From NCBI GenBank assembly GCA_035483075.1, contig DATHQG010000280.1, positions 317-64,316 on the forward strand: a DNA stretch of 64,000 nucleotides. Direction: 5' to 3'. Below are positions 36,675-46,276 of the stretch, one piece after another. The translations under genes were made by a program, and so were the position numbers. Position 1 is the first letter of the stretch; every line of letters begins with the position of its first letter. Under the pieces are notes generated by a model. That model did not search any database, was not told the DNA's origin, and was given only the letters and a program-made list of their open reading frames with translations. The stretch comes from Edaphobacter sp. Its GTDB lineage: Bacteria > Acidobacteriota > Terriglobia > Terriglobales > Acidobacteriaceae.

Positions 36675-37382
36675 CTACTTTGGAGCCTTCGCCGGGCAGC
36701 GCGCGTCATAGTCGGCTTGCATGCGCTTCAGCTTGAGCACACCGTAGAACACAGTTATTGCCATGGTGACTACCAGGAGCCCAGAAGCCTTCCTTTCCCA
36801 GTAGTACGCGCCCTCGCGGTTAGCAATGTAGCCCGCGATGATCAGGCCGAAGATACCCGCATTGATGACCCAGTTCATTGCCTTCGACACGACGAAGTGC
36901 AGGGTGCCGAACCCAGCGAGTTGGTAGATCAGGAAGGGCAGGACCGCTACCGTTGGCAGCATTTCAGAGGCGCCGAGTGCGACGTCGATGGCGCCGGGCG
37001 CCCTGGCGTGGAGCAGCGTGCTATGAGCCAATTCATGGAACAGCGCCGGTATCGCACAGAGGAAGGGCACGACGGCGAGCAGCTCGAGTACAAGCGACCC
37101 GCTCCAGGTGCCGACCTTGGAGGCAGAATCGGCTCCCGCACCTGATGATTCCGCGCCGATGTACAGCCCGCCGATAATGGCCGCCGCACTGGAGAGCATC
37201 AGCAGTTCCACGGTGATGCCGAAGCTCTCCGGTTCGCCCGCCTTGATCAACAGGAGGGCCATGAAACCGGGGAGATAGAACATCACGCGTACGAGCCGGG
37301 CCCAAACGCGAGCGTCGCGTTCGGGAGGGAGAACCGGAAGAGCGAGTCCGTCGGTTCCGGTAGTTGCTCTGTCTTTAGACAT
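36675..37382 (-). CDS. Hypothetical integral membrane protein
   Basis: 235-aa ORF with about 6 hydrophobic segments; AAGGA RBS upstream. Confidence 0.65.
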   Translation of the reverse strand: MSKDRATTGTDGLALPVLPPERDARVWARLVRVMFYLPGFMALLLIKAGEPESFGITVELLMLSSAAAIIGGLYIGAESSGAGADSASKVGTWSGSLVLELLAVVPFLCAIPALFHELAHSTLLHARAPGAIDVALGASEMLPTVAVLPFLIYQLAGFGTLHFVVSKAMNWVINAGIFGLIIAGYIANREGAYYWERKASGLLVVTMAITVFYGVLKLKRMQADYDARCPAKAPK

Positions 37383-37664
37383 TTCTGCGTCCTTGAGGTA
37401 TGGGAGATTTTGGTCCTGATTATAGCCGACAGCTACCGCGTGCCTCAGATTTGGCAGCGCGACCAGTATTTCGAACCGACGAACCGGGGGGAACTCGAAA
37501 AAGTACTAGTTGCACTGAAATAGATGGATGTAGAGGCACTTTTTCGCGTGGCCAGGGAATATATCGACGCAGGAAAACGCTAAATGGATGGTTTCTCGTT
37601 ATCCAAAGGAAACCAACCATCCCGTCGAGAGCAGCTTTAGCAGGCTGTTGCGGAGAAGCGAATT

Positions 37665-37728
37665 CAACAAGACAGTGACAATTTCTTTACTACGACATGA
37701 CAATCCCTAATTCAAGGTTAGCTAGCCT
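37665..37728 (+). promoter_or_regulatory. 11-bp-phased TGACA array with -10 box (promoter 1)
   Basis: CAACA 37665, TGACA 37676, TTACT 37687, TGACA 37698; TAGCCT at 37723 (+25). Confidence 0.72.
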
Positions 37729-37934
37729 CAGCTCAGGACATCGTTCTCCTTCGGCAAGCGGTGTTGGTGAACAGATACCGCGGCACCCGAGGGCGGCCCA
37801 AGAGAGGTGAGATCGCATTGCCACTGCTTTCCAGTCGAGAACCTTCGCTTGACAATGAGATTCGTGATTTACCTGCGCCATCTGTTGTCCGGCGGCCGCT
37901 CAGACAATCCGGAGAGATACACCCGCTAGCTTCG

Positions 37935-39206
37935 ATGCCCACAGTGACTACCAGCATCGCATCAAATCCTTTGAGCAAGGAACAGTTGATGCGTGAGGCC
38001 GTGCTGTTGACCTTTTGCGACCCGTTACCCAAGCAATGCTCGCGGCTAGAGAATCTCTCTGAAAAGGAGTGGCAGAAATTATTACACTGGCTGGATATCA
38101 GCGGACTGGCCCTGTACTTCCTGGATCGAATGGTGGAGTTGCAAATGTGCAATATGTTGCCGCCCCGTGTTCTCGCGCGGCTGCAACAGAATCTGCATGA
38201 CAACATTGAGCGAACACGCGGCATGATCGCGGAATCGGTGGCGATCCAAGAGGAGTTTCAGGGGGCGTGCCTCTCCTACGCCACGCTGAAGGGATTTTCA
38301 CTCTGCCCAGGCTCGGTGCCGAAACCTGAACTGCGACACCAGTTCGATCTGGATTTCCTCGTGACTGAGAAGAGCGTTCTGGATGCGCGGCAGATTCTTG
38401 AGCGCCGAGGCTACCGGCTGTACGCTATCAGCGGAAGAAGTTGGGAGTTCAAGATAAACGAAACGCCTGGCATTCCCATGAAGGACTTATATAAGGACCT
38501 ACCAGGTCGATCCGTGGAATTGCATGTTGAGGTCAATGTCCCGGGCTTCCCTTCATTGCTGCAACGCATAGAAGGGCGCGAATTTCACGGCATTAGCATG
38601 CCCGTGCTTTCGCCTGTCGACTTGTTTCTAGGCCAGGCGCTTCACGTGTACAAACACATACAAAGCGAGTTCTCACGCGCGGCACACCTTCTCGAGTTTC
38701 GCCGTCATGTGCTGTCTCGCCGCGGCGACGATACCTTTTGGGGCGAGCTTCGATCAGTGGCCGAGGAAGATCCAAGGGCTTCTTTGGGGCTTGGCGTGGT
38801 CACGCTGCTGATTACACGCGTAACAGGCGATTTCGCCCCGGCAGCACTTACGAACTGGACTGTCGACCGCCTTCCCCGTTCAGCGCGGCTCTGGGTAAAG
38901 CTGTATGGACGCCGTGTTGTCTTCGAGAGCTTCCCAGGGAGCAAGTTGTACCTGTTACTGCAGAGCGAGCTTAAGTCCGCCGGTGTTCCAGCGAGACGCT
39001 CGTTACGGCAAGCATTGTTGCCTTCACGCCTACCGCCAGTTATTGTGCGAGCGTCCGCAGATGAGAGTTTACTCAAACAGATTCGTCGCTATCGCGTGCA
39101 AGTCCACTTTATCCTTCTCCGTCTGCGCTTTCACATTGTGGAAGGACTTCGCTATACACAGGAGGCATATCGTTGGCGGCAGCACATGAATCGGCTTGTA
39201 CGATGA
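37935..39206 (+). CDS. Nucleotidyltransferase family protein (NTP_transf_5-like)
   Basis: TLKGFSL, RHQFDLDFLV, LERRGY and VELHV motifs; start uncertain (37761, 37935 or 37989). Confidence 0.82.
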   Translation: MPTVTTSIASNPLSKEQLMREAVLLTFCDPLPKQCSRLENLSEKEWQKLLHWLDISGLALYFLDRMVELQMCNMLPPRVLARLQQNLHDNIERTRGMIAESVAIQEEFQGACLSYATLKGFSLCPGSVPKPELRHQFDLDFLVTEKSVLDARQILERRGYRLYAISGRSWEFKINETPGIPMKDLYKDLPGRSVELHVEVNVPGFPSLLQRIEGREFHGISMPVLSPVDLFLGQALHVYKHIQSEFSRAAHLLEFRRHVLSRRGDDTFWGELRSVAEEDPRASLGLGVVTLLITRVTGDFAPAALTNWTVDRLPRSARLWVKLYGRRVVFESFPGSKLYLLLQSELKSAGVPARRSLRQALLPSRLPPVIVRASADESLLKQIRRYRVQVHFILLRLRFHIVEGLRYTQEAYRWRQHMNRLVR

Positions 39207-40045
39207 TGACTCCTCTGCGCCCGGCTGCCCTTGCCTTCGATGCGATGGCGCCGGCTTTTGACTCGCGCTTCGGTGCCTGGCACAGCGTTGCGGCGCAACG
39301 TCGCGCTGTGCGCTCCGCGTTGCTGCGGGCGTTTCCAGAAGGCGGCCGAATTCTGGAGCTGGGCGGAGGCACCGGCGATGACGCGGCCTTTCTGGCAGAG
39401 CGTGGGTTCGATTTATTTCTGACTGATCCGTCGCCTGCGATGGTGGCCCTGGCGAAGTCTAAGCTTGCGCCGCTGGGCGGCCGGGCTGAAATCGCCGCTG
39501 GAGAAGAGATGGAGAGGTTCGCTGCCACGCATCTTTCTGCGGGTGGAGAATTATTTGACGGCGCCTTCTCCAATTTCGCGCCACTCAACTGCGTCGCCGA
39601 TCTGAGACCAGTGGCGCGGGGCCTGGCATGTCTCCTTAAGCCCGGTGCCCCAGCGATGCTCGTATTGTTTGGCACTTTCTGTCCCGGCGAGATGGCGGTG
39701 GAAGTGTTGCGCGGCCGACCGCATCTGGCATTGCGGCGCCGCAAACGCGGCGAGGCCCCCGCGCGGCTTGCCAAGCTCGAATTTAATGTGGTCTATCACC
39801 GCCGCGCAGCGATGTCGCACGCCTTTGCTCCGTGGTTTGTGTTGGAGAAACGTCTCGGCATTGGGGTAACTGTGCCGCCCAGCGCCGCCGAACCGTGGAT
39901 TTCACAGTGGCCGCATCTACTCGCCGCGATGGAGACGCTCGACCGCGGCCTTGCGCGTCCGCTAGCGATGTTGGGCGATCATGTTCTTTATCAATTTCGC
40001 CGCACCAGCACCCCGTGGGAAACACTTAGCCCCGTTCCGCGCTGA
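39203..40045 (+). CDS. Class I SAM-dependent methyltransferase
   Basis: ILELGGGTGDDA, TDPSPAM and FDGAFSNF motifs; ATGA overlap with the upstream gene. Confidence 0.88.
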   Translation: MMTPLRPAALAFDAMAPAFDSRFGAWHSVAAQRRAVRSALLRAFPEGGRILELGGGTGDDAAFLAERGFDLFLTDPSPAMVALAKSKLAPLGGRAEIAAGEEMERFAATHLSAGGELFDGAFSNFAPLNCVADLRPVARGLACLLKPGAPAMLVLFGTFCPGEMAVEVLRGRPHLALRRRKRGEAPARLAKLEFNVVYHRRAAMSHAFAPWFVLEKRLGIGVTVPPSAAEPWISQWPHLLAAMETLDRGLARPLAMLGDHVLYQFRRTSTPWETLSPVPR

Positions 40046-40108
40046 CCAATCTTCATGACATGAACAATGAACGGTATGTAACAAGTTTCTGAGAGGTTAT
40101 CCGAGTTG

Positions 40109-40750
40109 ATGAAACTGAAACAAATCGCTGATGTAAGTTTCCCAACGCGCTGGGCGAGCTTCCGGCTGTTGGCCTTTGAAGGCGTGCCTACCGACAATGA
40201 GAGCAAGGAGCGCCGTCCAGAAACCGCTCTGGCCCTGGTTCTTGGCGACATCCAGAGCTCCCCTCCAGTCGTTCGCATCCACTCTCAATGCACAACAGGA
40301 GACGTCTTCCACTCTCTGCGATGTGACTGTCACGACCAACTCCATCTGGCCCTGCGTGTAATCGCGGACGAGGGCGCAGGGGTGCTGCTCTATGAGCATC
40401 AAGAAGGTCGAGGCATCGGCCTCATGGAGAAGCTGCGCGCTTATGAACTTCAGGAACGAGGACTCGATACCATTGAAGCAAATCTTCGCTTGGGACATGC
40501 AATCGACCTTCGTGATTATGCGCTCGCTGTGGACATTCTTCAGTTCCTCAAAGTCCGCTCACTCCGATTAGTGACCAATAACCCTGAGAAAATCGACGCC
40601 GTGCTGTCGTCGGGTATTGAAATTGTCGAGCGCCTTAGCGCGGACGTTCCAGGCAGTCCTCACTCTGCTCACTATCTTGCGACCAAACGCGAGAGGCTTG
40701 GTCATCTCTCCAACTCGGTGACCATGCCTTTCGGGCCTACTTGGCGGTAG
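40109..40750 (+). CDS. ribA: GTP cyclohydrolase II
   Basis: RIHSQCTTGDVFHSLRCDC (Zn ligands), QEGRGIGL, DLRDY and TNNPEK motifs. Confidence 0.93.
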   Translation: MKLKQIADVSFPTRWASFRLLAFEGVPTDNESKERRPETALALVLGDIQSSPPVVRIHSQCTTGDVFHSLRCDCHDQLHLALRVIADEGAGVLLYEHQEGRGIGLMEKLRAYELQERGLDTIEANLRLGHAIDLRDYALAVDILQFLKVRSLRLVTNNPEKIDAVLSSGIEIVERLSADVPGSPHSAHYLATKRERLGHLSNSVTMPFGPTWR

Positions 40751-40850
40751 CCAATCAGCTCAGCCGCACGACTGCCTGGAGCAGGCGCGGCCATGCTTAG
40801 GTGGGGCGAAGTAACACTCAGAGATGCCGAGGTCCCGCAAGGCAAGGGGA

Positions 40851-40903
40851 TGACATTGAGTTGACAATTTTGAGACAACTGCTGATCAGGATGGGGCTAC
40901 GCT
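40851..40903 (+). promoter_or_regulatory. 11-bp-phased TGACA array with -10 box (promoter 2)
   Basis: TGACA 40851, TGACA 40862, AGACA 40873; TACGCT at 40898 (+25). Confidence 0.75.
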
Positions 40904-41007
40904 ACATTTCAGACGCGGAATCTGCCGGTTGCATCAATGCGTCTGGCGCGCACTCCGGCGGAGGCCGTGTGCTGAATCTGTCGGCGTGCAAATATCCGAG
41001 GTGAACT

Positions 41008-42504
41008 TTGGTACAGGTCTTACTCACACATTCGTATCATCTTCCATATGACTCGAAGCAGTTGCGCAAGATGCAGCCGTATACGCCTATCGGTACGCTC
41101 TATGCGGCTACGGCGCTGCGGGAAAAGGGCATCTCCGTTGCAGCGTTCGATTCGATGCTTGAGGACCCAACCGTAAAGTTCACTGCAACACTAGAGCAGC
41201 ATAGGCCGAAGATCGTCGCGGTCTATGAGGATGACTTCAATTTTCTCTCGAAGATGTGTCTTACGCGCATGAGAGAAGTAGCGTGGAACATGGCGAAATC
41301 AGCCCATGCAGAAGGGGCGATTGCCATCGCACACGGCTCCGATTCGACAGATAACCCCGTTCTGTTTCTCGAGAACGGCTTCGACTATGTACTTTGCGGA
41401 GAGGCCGAGGAGACTCTGGTGCAGCTTTGTACTGCGGTACTGAACGGCGACGAGATACCGGAGATCGACGGCTTGGTGCGGCTCGATGAACATGGGTATC
41501 CCGTTCAGAGTCCAATGCGGCTTTCAAAAAATCCCGCATGGGAGAGGCTTCCCCTTGCCTCGCGAGATCTGATCGATCTGGAGCCGTATCGCGCAGAATG
41601 GATGAAGGCCCATGGGTATTTTTCAACGAACATGGTATCCAGTCGCGGCTGCCCTTACCGCTGTAACTGGTGCGCAAAGCCGATCTCTGGCAACAAATTT
41701 CATTTACGTCCCGCAGCCGCCGTTGCCGAAGAAATGCACCTGCTGAAGGTGCGCGCCGGGGTGCAGCATATCTGGTTCGGTGACGATGTTTTTGCATTGA
41801 ACCAGCACTGGGTACAACAATTCGCTGAGGAGGTCACGAGACGGAACGCGGCGGTTCCATTCAAAATACAGTCCCGCGCCGATCTCATGAGTGAGCAGAC
41901 CGTCCAGCATTTGAAGGCGGCGGGATGCGCCGAGGTATGGATGGGGGTCGAATCCGGCGCGCAATCTGTGCTCAACGCGATGGATAAAGGACTAAGTCTC
42001 TCTTCCGTCGTTGTCGCCCGTCGCCGACTGAAAGAAGCCGGCATTCGTGCATGCTTTTTTCTGCAATTTGGCTATCCGGGAGAAACCTGGGTCGAATTGC
42101 AGGAAACTATCGCTTTTGTTCGTCGAATGCGCCCGGATGACGTCGGAATCTCCTTCTCCTATCCGCTGCCGGGTACTGTTTTCTATGAACGGGTACGGAT
42201 GCAACTCGGGCAAAAGCGCAACTGGACTGACAGCGATGACCTCTGCATCATGTTCAAGGCGGCCTACAAAACGGAGTTTTATCGCGCTGTCCGTGATGCC
42301 TTGCATGCTGAGGTAGATTCCTGGCGCAAGCCAGAATTCGCGAACAGAACGAAAGCCCAGATCGACGATCTCTGGCGCAAAGTCAATGAATTGGAGCCGG
42401 TGAGCCGAGATGCAGAGGCGTTCGGACCTCTTGACAGAATCGCCACTTTGGCTTCGTCTGCGTTTGTGTCCATTGAGCAACTAGTGCCGGTCAGGGACGC
42501 ATAG
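41008..42504 (+). CDS. B12-binding domain radical SAM protein (class B methylase/BchE-like architecture)
   Basis: N-terminal PIGTLYAA...GEAEET domain; SRGCPYRCNWC (CxxxCxxC); WFGDD, GVESG and YPLPGT; GAGGTG RBS with TTG start. Confidence 0.9.
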   Translation: MVQVLLTHSYHLPYDSKQLRKMQPYTPIGTLYAATALREKGISVAAFDSMLEDPTVKFTATLEQHRPKIVAVYEDDFNFLSKMCLTRMREVAWNMAKSAHAEGAIAIAHGSDSTDNPVLFLENGFDYVLCGEAEETLVQLCTAVLNGDEIPEIDGLVRLDEHGYPVQSPMRLSKNPAWERLPLASRDLIDLEPYRAEWMKAHGYFSTNMVSSRGCPYRCNWCAKPISGNKFHLRPAAAVAEEMHLLKVRAGVQHIWFGDDVFALNQHWVQQFAEEVTRRNAAVPFKIQSRADLMSEQTVQHLKAAGCAEVWMGVESGAQSVLNAMDKGLSLSSVVVARRRLKEAGIRACFFLQFGYPGETWVELQETIAFVRRMRPDDVGISFSYPLPGTVFYERVRMQLGQKRNWTDSDDLCIMFKAAYKTEFYRAVRDALHAEVDSWRKPEFANRTKAQIDDLWRKVNELEPVSRDAEAFGPLDRIATLASSAFVSIEQLVPVRDA

Positions 42505-42630
42505 GGACAAGTTGTTGAGGACTCCCAAATGAGAAGGGACGGACGCGCGAACGACGACATCCTTTAGCTATTGGCTGGAATTGTGGACACTGGGATATGA
42601 CATGTTGCGGCGTCTGGAGAAACTGTAGCG

Positions 42631-43581
42631 ATGAGTGCATTGCAAAATGACGTTGTCAGTGACACTGTCCATAACCTGGGGATCTCGATGCAGTGTCCTC
42701 GCTGCAGAGCCGACATAAGAGGACTGGACTGCACGCTATGCGGATTTCGGATGCGGACCAGCCATGGAATTATGCATGCGCTGCCAGCGGAGCGAGTCGC
42801 GCATTATGCACGTTTCATCCAAGACTATGAGCGCATACGGGCGGCAGAAGGCCGAGGCAGCGAAAGCGAAGAGTTTTATATGGGCCTTCCTTACAAGGAC
42901 GTTTCGGGAAGGAACAGCAAACAATGGCACATCAGGGCGCGGAGCTACGACTGTCTGGTCGAACACGTGCTGAAGCCACTAGGTCACCGCGGAACGATTC
43001 TGGATCTCGGTGCCGGCAACTGCTGGATGAGCTTTCGCATGGCACTCAGCGGATATCGGCCGGTCGCCGTGGACCTGCTCACAAACGAGCATGATGGTCT
43101 CGCTGCCGCGGGGCACTATCAACAACACCTGCCCGAACCTTTCCCACGAATCCAAGCGGAGATGACACGCCTACCTTTTAGCGGCGGGCAGTTTGATGCC
43201 GTAGTCTTCAATGCTTCCTTCCACTATTCCGAAGACTACGAAACCAGCTTGCGCGAAGCGCTCCGATGCCTCAGAGGCGGAGGCGTAGTGATCATCAGCG
43301 ACACTCCCTGGTACTCCCGGGAGGAGAGCGGAAGGCAAATGGTCTCTGAGCGGCACGCCGCCTTTCTCAAGAATTATGGGACTGCTTCGGACTCCATCCG
43401 AAGCCTTGAATTTCTTACAGATGAGCGACTGCGAACACTGGAGGAGCAACTGTCGATCAAGTGGACGGTATATTCTCCGCGATACGGTTTGAAGTGGGCG
43501 ATGCGCCCGCTGATAGCGCGACTGCGCGACAGACGCGAACCATCCCGGTTTCGAATTTATGCAGCGAGGAAAGATGTATGA
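42631..43581 (+). CDS. Class I SAM methyltransferase with N-terminal Cys4 zinc-finger-like segment
   Basis: CPRC...CTLC; ILDLGAGNCW and FDAVVFNASFHY motifs. Confidence 0.87.
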   Translation: MSALQNDVVSDTVHNLGISMQCPRCRADIRGLDCTLCGFRMRTSHGIMHALPAERVAHYARFIQDYERIRAAEGRGSESEEFYMGLPYKDVSGRNSKQWHIRARSYDCLVEHVLKPLGHRGTILDLGAGNCWMSFRMALSGYRPVAVDLLTNEHDGLAAAGHYQQHLPEPFPRIQAEMTRLPFSGGQFDAVVFNASFHYSEDYETSLREALRCLRGGGVVIISDTPWYSREESGRQMVSERHAAFLKNYGTASDSIRSLEFLTDERLRTLEEQLSIKWTVYSPRYGLKWAMRPLIARLRDRREPSRFRIYAARKDV

Positions 43582-44836
43582 GCCTCGTCGCCCCTCGAGG
43601 AACGATGGCCGAACGGTGATTCGCGGAGCTCGTTGCGCTCTCGGCCCGGGGGAGAGCGCACGTGTTTCGATCCAGATCACTGCCGGCCGCGTGAGTCATG
43701 TCGTGAAGGAATTGTATCTATTGTCTACTGCTAAATCCGGATGCACAGAGATCGACCTCAGTGGCTTTCTTGTTATGCCCGGCTTGGTCAACGCACATGA
43801 CCATCTGCAATTCGCTCTCCACCCCAGACTGGCCGACCCACCCTACCGAAATTACATCGAATGGGGGGCGGACATTCACAACAAGTTTCCCGACGTCATC
43901 GCGAAGCACGGGGCCGTGCCCAAAGATGTGCGTCTGTGGTGGGGCGGCATACGGAACCTTCTATGCGGAGCGACAACAGTAAGCCACCATGATCCTCTTT
44001 GGCTGGAGCTTCAGAGAGAAGATTTCCCGGTGAGAGTGGTGCAGCAATACGGCTGGGGCCATTCGTTGGCACTGGGCGGCGATCTCCGCCGCGCGCATTC
44101 AGTTACACCTGAAGGAAGCGCGTTCATTGTGCATGCATGTGAAGGCGTCGACGAACAAGCTCGCGAAGAGCTCTTCGGGCTCGATCGGATGGGACTTCTG
44201 GATGCCAGCACTGTGCTCGTGCACGGGCTGGCGATCAATGCGGAAGGCGTTGCGCTTATGCGGGAACGCCGTGTTTCTCTCATTGTCTGCCCTTCATCAA
44301 ATAGCTTCCTTTTCGAAGAACGTCCGGACATGGCTCTCCTTGGCACGATTGAGAACGTTGTTTTGGGAAATGACTCTCCATTAACAGCGGAAGGCGATTT
44401 ACTCGATGAAATCCGATTTGCAATAAGTTGTTGCGGCGTCCCATCTGAGAAAGCCTATCGCATGGTCACAGAAGCTCCCGCTGCGGTCCTTCGACTCGGA
44501 GACGCAGCGGGGTCGATCAAGAAATCCGGTGCGGCTGAACTGATTGCTGTTCGAGATACAGGTCATGACGCCGCAGACAGACTCCAGACACTGTCCATGA
44601 CTGATATAGAGTTCGTAATGATTGGAGACCGTGTGCAGCTTGCCTCGGAATCGATTTTGGAACGGCTTCCAGTTCAAACAAGAGAAGGACTGGAGCCCTT
44701 GTGGATCGACGGTACGATTCGGTGGCTGCGCGCGCCAGTGAAAGAGCTACTGCGGAAAGCTGAAGAAGTGCTGGGTCCGGGTGAAGTGCGATTGGGGGGA
44801 AGACCGGTTCACCTTCCCGCATGGAGTGAAGCGTAA
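43574..44836 (+). CDS. Amidohydrolase family protein (deaminase-like)
   Basis: PGLVNAHDHL, HACEG, VHG, CPSSN and LGNDS motifs; overlaps the upstream stop codon. Confidence 0.87.
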   Translation: MYEPRRPSRNDGRTVIRGARCALGPGESARVSIQITAGRVSHVVKELYLLSTAKSGCTEIDLSGFLVMPGLVNAHDHLQFALHPRLADPPYRNYIEWGADIHNKFPDVIAKHGAVPKDVRLWWGGIRNLLCGATTVSHHDPLWLELQREDFPVRVVQQYGWGHSLALGGDLRRAHSVTPEGSAFIVHACEGVDEQAREELFGLDRMGLLDASTVLVHGLAINAEGVALMRERRVSLIVCPSSNSFLFEERPDMALLGTIENVVLGNDSPLTAEGDLLDEIRFAISCCGVPSEKAYRMVTEAPAAVLRLGDAAGSIKKSGAAELIAVRDTGHDAADRLQTLSMTDIEFVMIGDRVQLASESILERLPVQTREGLEPLWIDGTIRWLRAPVKELLRKAEEVLGPGEVRLGGRPVHLPAWSEA

Positions 44837-44852
44837 TCCTAGGAAGGAATGA

Positions 44853-46163
44853 ATGTCACACTTCGGCGTGCTGTCCTATAAGGGGACCGGTCATTTGAAC
44901 CCGCTTATCGCACTTTCTCGGCAGTTGATGGCTCGAGGACACAGAGTCACGTTCGTTCAGAGACCCGAGCTGGAAGCTCGAGTGCGTCAGCATGGGCTGG
45001 AGTTTTCTCCAATCGGCATGTCCGGTGTCGGCCCAGGTGAGCATGGACAGGTCAGCAGCCAGCGCAGGCCTTCATCGGGTATCGCTGCTCTACGTTACGG
45101 CATACGCCGCATCGTTGGAGACATGGAGATGTTCTTGCGTGAAGCTCCCGCCGCACTCGCGCATGCGGGAGTCGACACACTCATCATGGACGAGATAGCA
45201 CTGTCCGGCCCAACTGTGGCTGAAATGCTGGGCTTGCCCTACTTCATTGTATCCACCTCCGTGCCCCATAGCTTCGGATGGATCCCTCCTCGCCGAGTCG
45301 CGGGGCCTGGTTCATGGTTTGCCTGTGTGCAAAATGCGCTGCTCCAAGTTTCTGTGTTTCAGATGAGAGGACCTGTGCGCCGGAGACTCGATAACTACAG
45401 ACGGCAAGCCGGACTGGCCCCGATCCGAGATATCGAGATGGCATTTCCTGAGCTCGCCCACATAACGCAATTACCACAGTGCCTGGATTTCCCGCGCTCC
45501 GTGCTTCCTCGTAACTTCTACTACGCGGGGCCGTTCCTGGATCAAGCCGCAAGACCATCCGTCGAATTCCCCTGGGACCGACTTGATGGCAGACCAATCG
45601 TCTACGCATCATTGGGGACTGCCCGGAACAGTGAGCCGGCTATCTTCCACCTGATCTCCGAGGCCTGCGACGGACTCAACGTGCAGCTCGTGATCTCGCT
45701 AGGCGGCCGCCGGGACGCAAAGATGTTCGACGGCTTGCCAGGAAAGCCTTTGGTAGTAAGAGACGCTCCGCAGCTTGAGCTTCTGAAGAAAGCGGAGATA
45801 GTGATTACGCACGGCGGGTTGAACACGGCGTTAGAAACACTCATGGAAGGCAAGCCTATGATTGTTATCCCGAAGGCCTTTGATCAACCAGCGGTCGGAG
45901 CCCGCCTCGCATGGTTGAGAGTCGCAGAGGTCCTTCCGCTGGGGACGCTATCGGTGAAACAGATTCGTTCGTCCCTCGTGAAGCTTCTTTACAACCCAAG
46001 CTATCGAGAGGCCGCCAGAGATGTGCAAGCCAGGATTCGATCGGCCCACGGCCTGGAGCGCGCTGCAGATGTTATCGAAGAGGCCCTGGATAGGCTCGCC
46101 AATGGGCAACGGACCAGATCAGAGACGGATGCCAGAGGGCACACGCATCGTCAAGGATCTTGA
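44853..46163 (+). CDS. GT1 glycosyltransferase (MGT/CrtX-like)
   Basis: GHLNP, YASLGT, PQLELL, ITHGGLNTALE and FDQP motifs. Confidence 0.9.
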   Translation: MSHFGVLSYKGTGHLNPLIALSRQLMARGHRVTFVQRPELEARVRQHGLEFSPIGMSGVGPGEHGQVSSQRRPSSGIAALRYGIRRIVGDMEMFLREAPAALAHAGVDTLIMDEIALSGPTVAEMLGLPYFIVSTSVPHSFGWIPPRRVAGPGSWFACVQNALLQVSVFQMRGPVRRRLDNYRRQAGLAPIRDIEMAFPELAHITQLPQCLDFPRSVLPRNFYYAGPFLDQAARPSVEFPWDRLDGRPIVYASLGTARNSEPAIFHLISEACDGLNVQLVISLGGRRDAKMFDGLPGKPLVVRDAPQLELLKKAEIVITHGGLNTALETLMEGKPMIVIPKAFDQPAVGARLAWLRVAEVLPLGTLSVKQIRSSLVKLLYNPSYREAARDVQARIRSAHGLERAADVIEEALDRLANGQRTRSETDARGHTHRQGS

Positions 46164-46206
46164 AGGAAGTTGCACAATCAGGGCGTTCAGGCGCGGTTTG
46201 CTGGAA

Positions 46207-46271
46207 CGACACTCGAATGACCATCAAGTGACAAGCGAGTGACAATTCCTCTCTGAGTGCCCGGATACGCT
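46207..46271 (+). promoter_or_regulatory. 11-bp-phased TGACA array with -10 box (promoter 3)
   Basis: CGACA 46207, TGACC 46218, TGACA 46229, TGACA 46240; TACGCT at 46266 (+26). Confidence 0.78.
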
Positions 46272-46276
46272 GAGAC

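Noticed and set aside
37400-37934. Riboswitch or ncRNA in the long intergenic/leader region
   Set aside because: Only short imperfect hairpins are visible, with no recognisable FMN, SAM or cobalamin consensus. An Infernal/Rfam scan would be needed to exclude one.
40043-40094. TGACC/TGACA/TAACA motifs upstream of ribA
   Set aside because: Spacing is irregular (13 and 12 bp) and there is no correctly placed -10 box.
40801-41004. 67-aa ORF as a RiPP precursor for the radical SAM enzyme
   Set aside because: It overlaps promoter 2, both candidate starts lie upstream of the predicted TSS, and it has no leader/core features.
42519-42602. Possible tenth array upstream of the Zn-finger methyltransferase (GGACT, TGAGA, GGACG, CGACG at 11-bp phase)
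   Set aside because: No unit is an exact TGACA and there is no TANNNT at +25/26.
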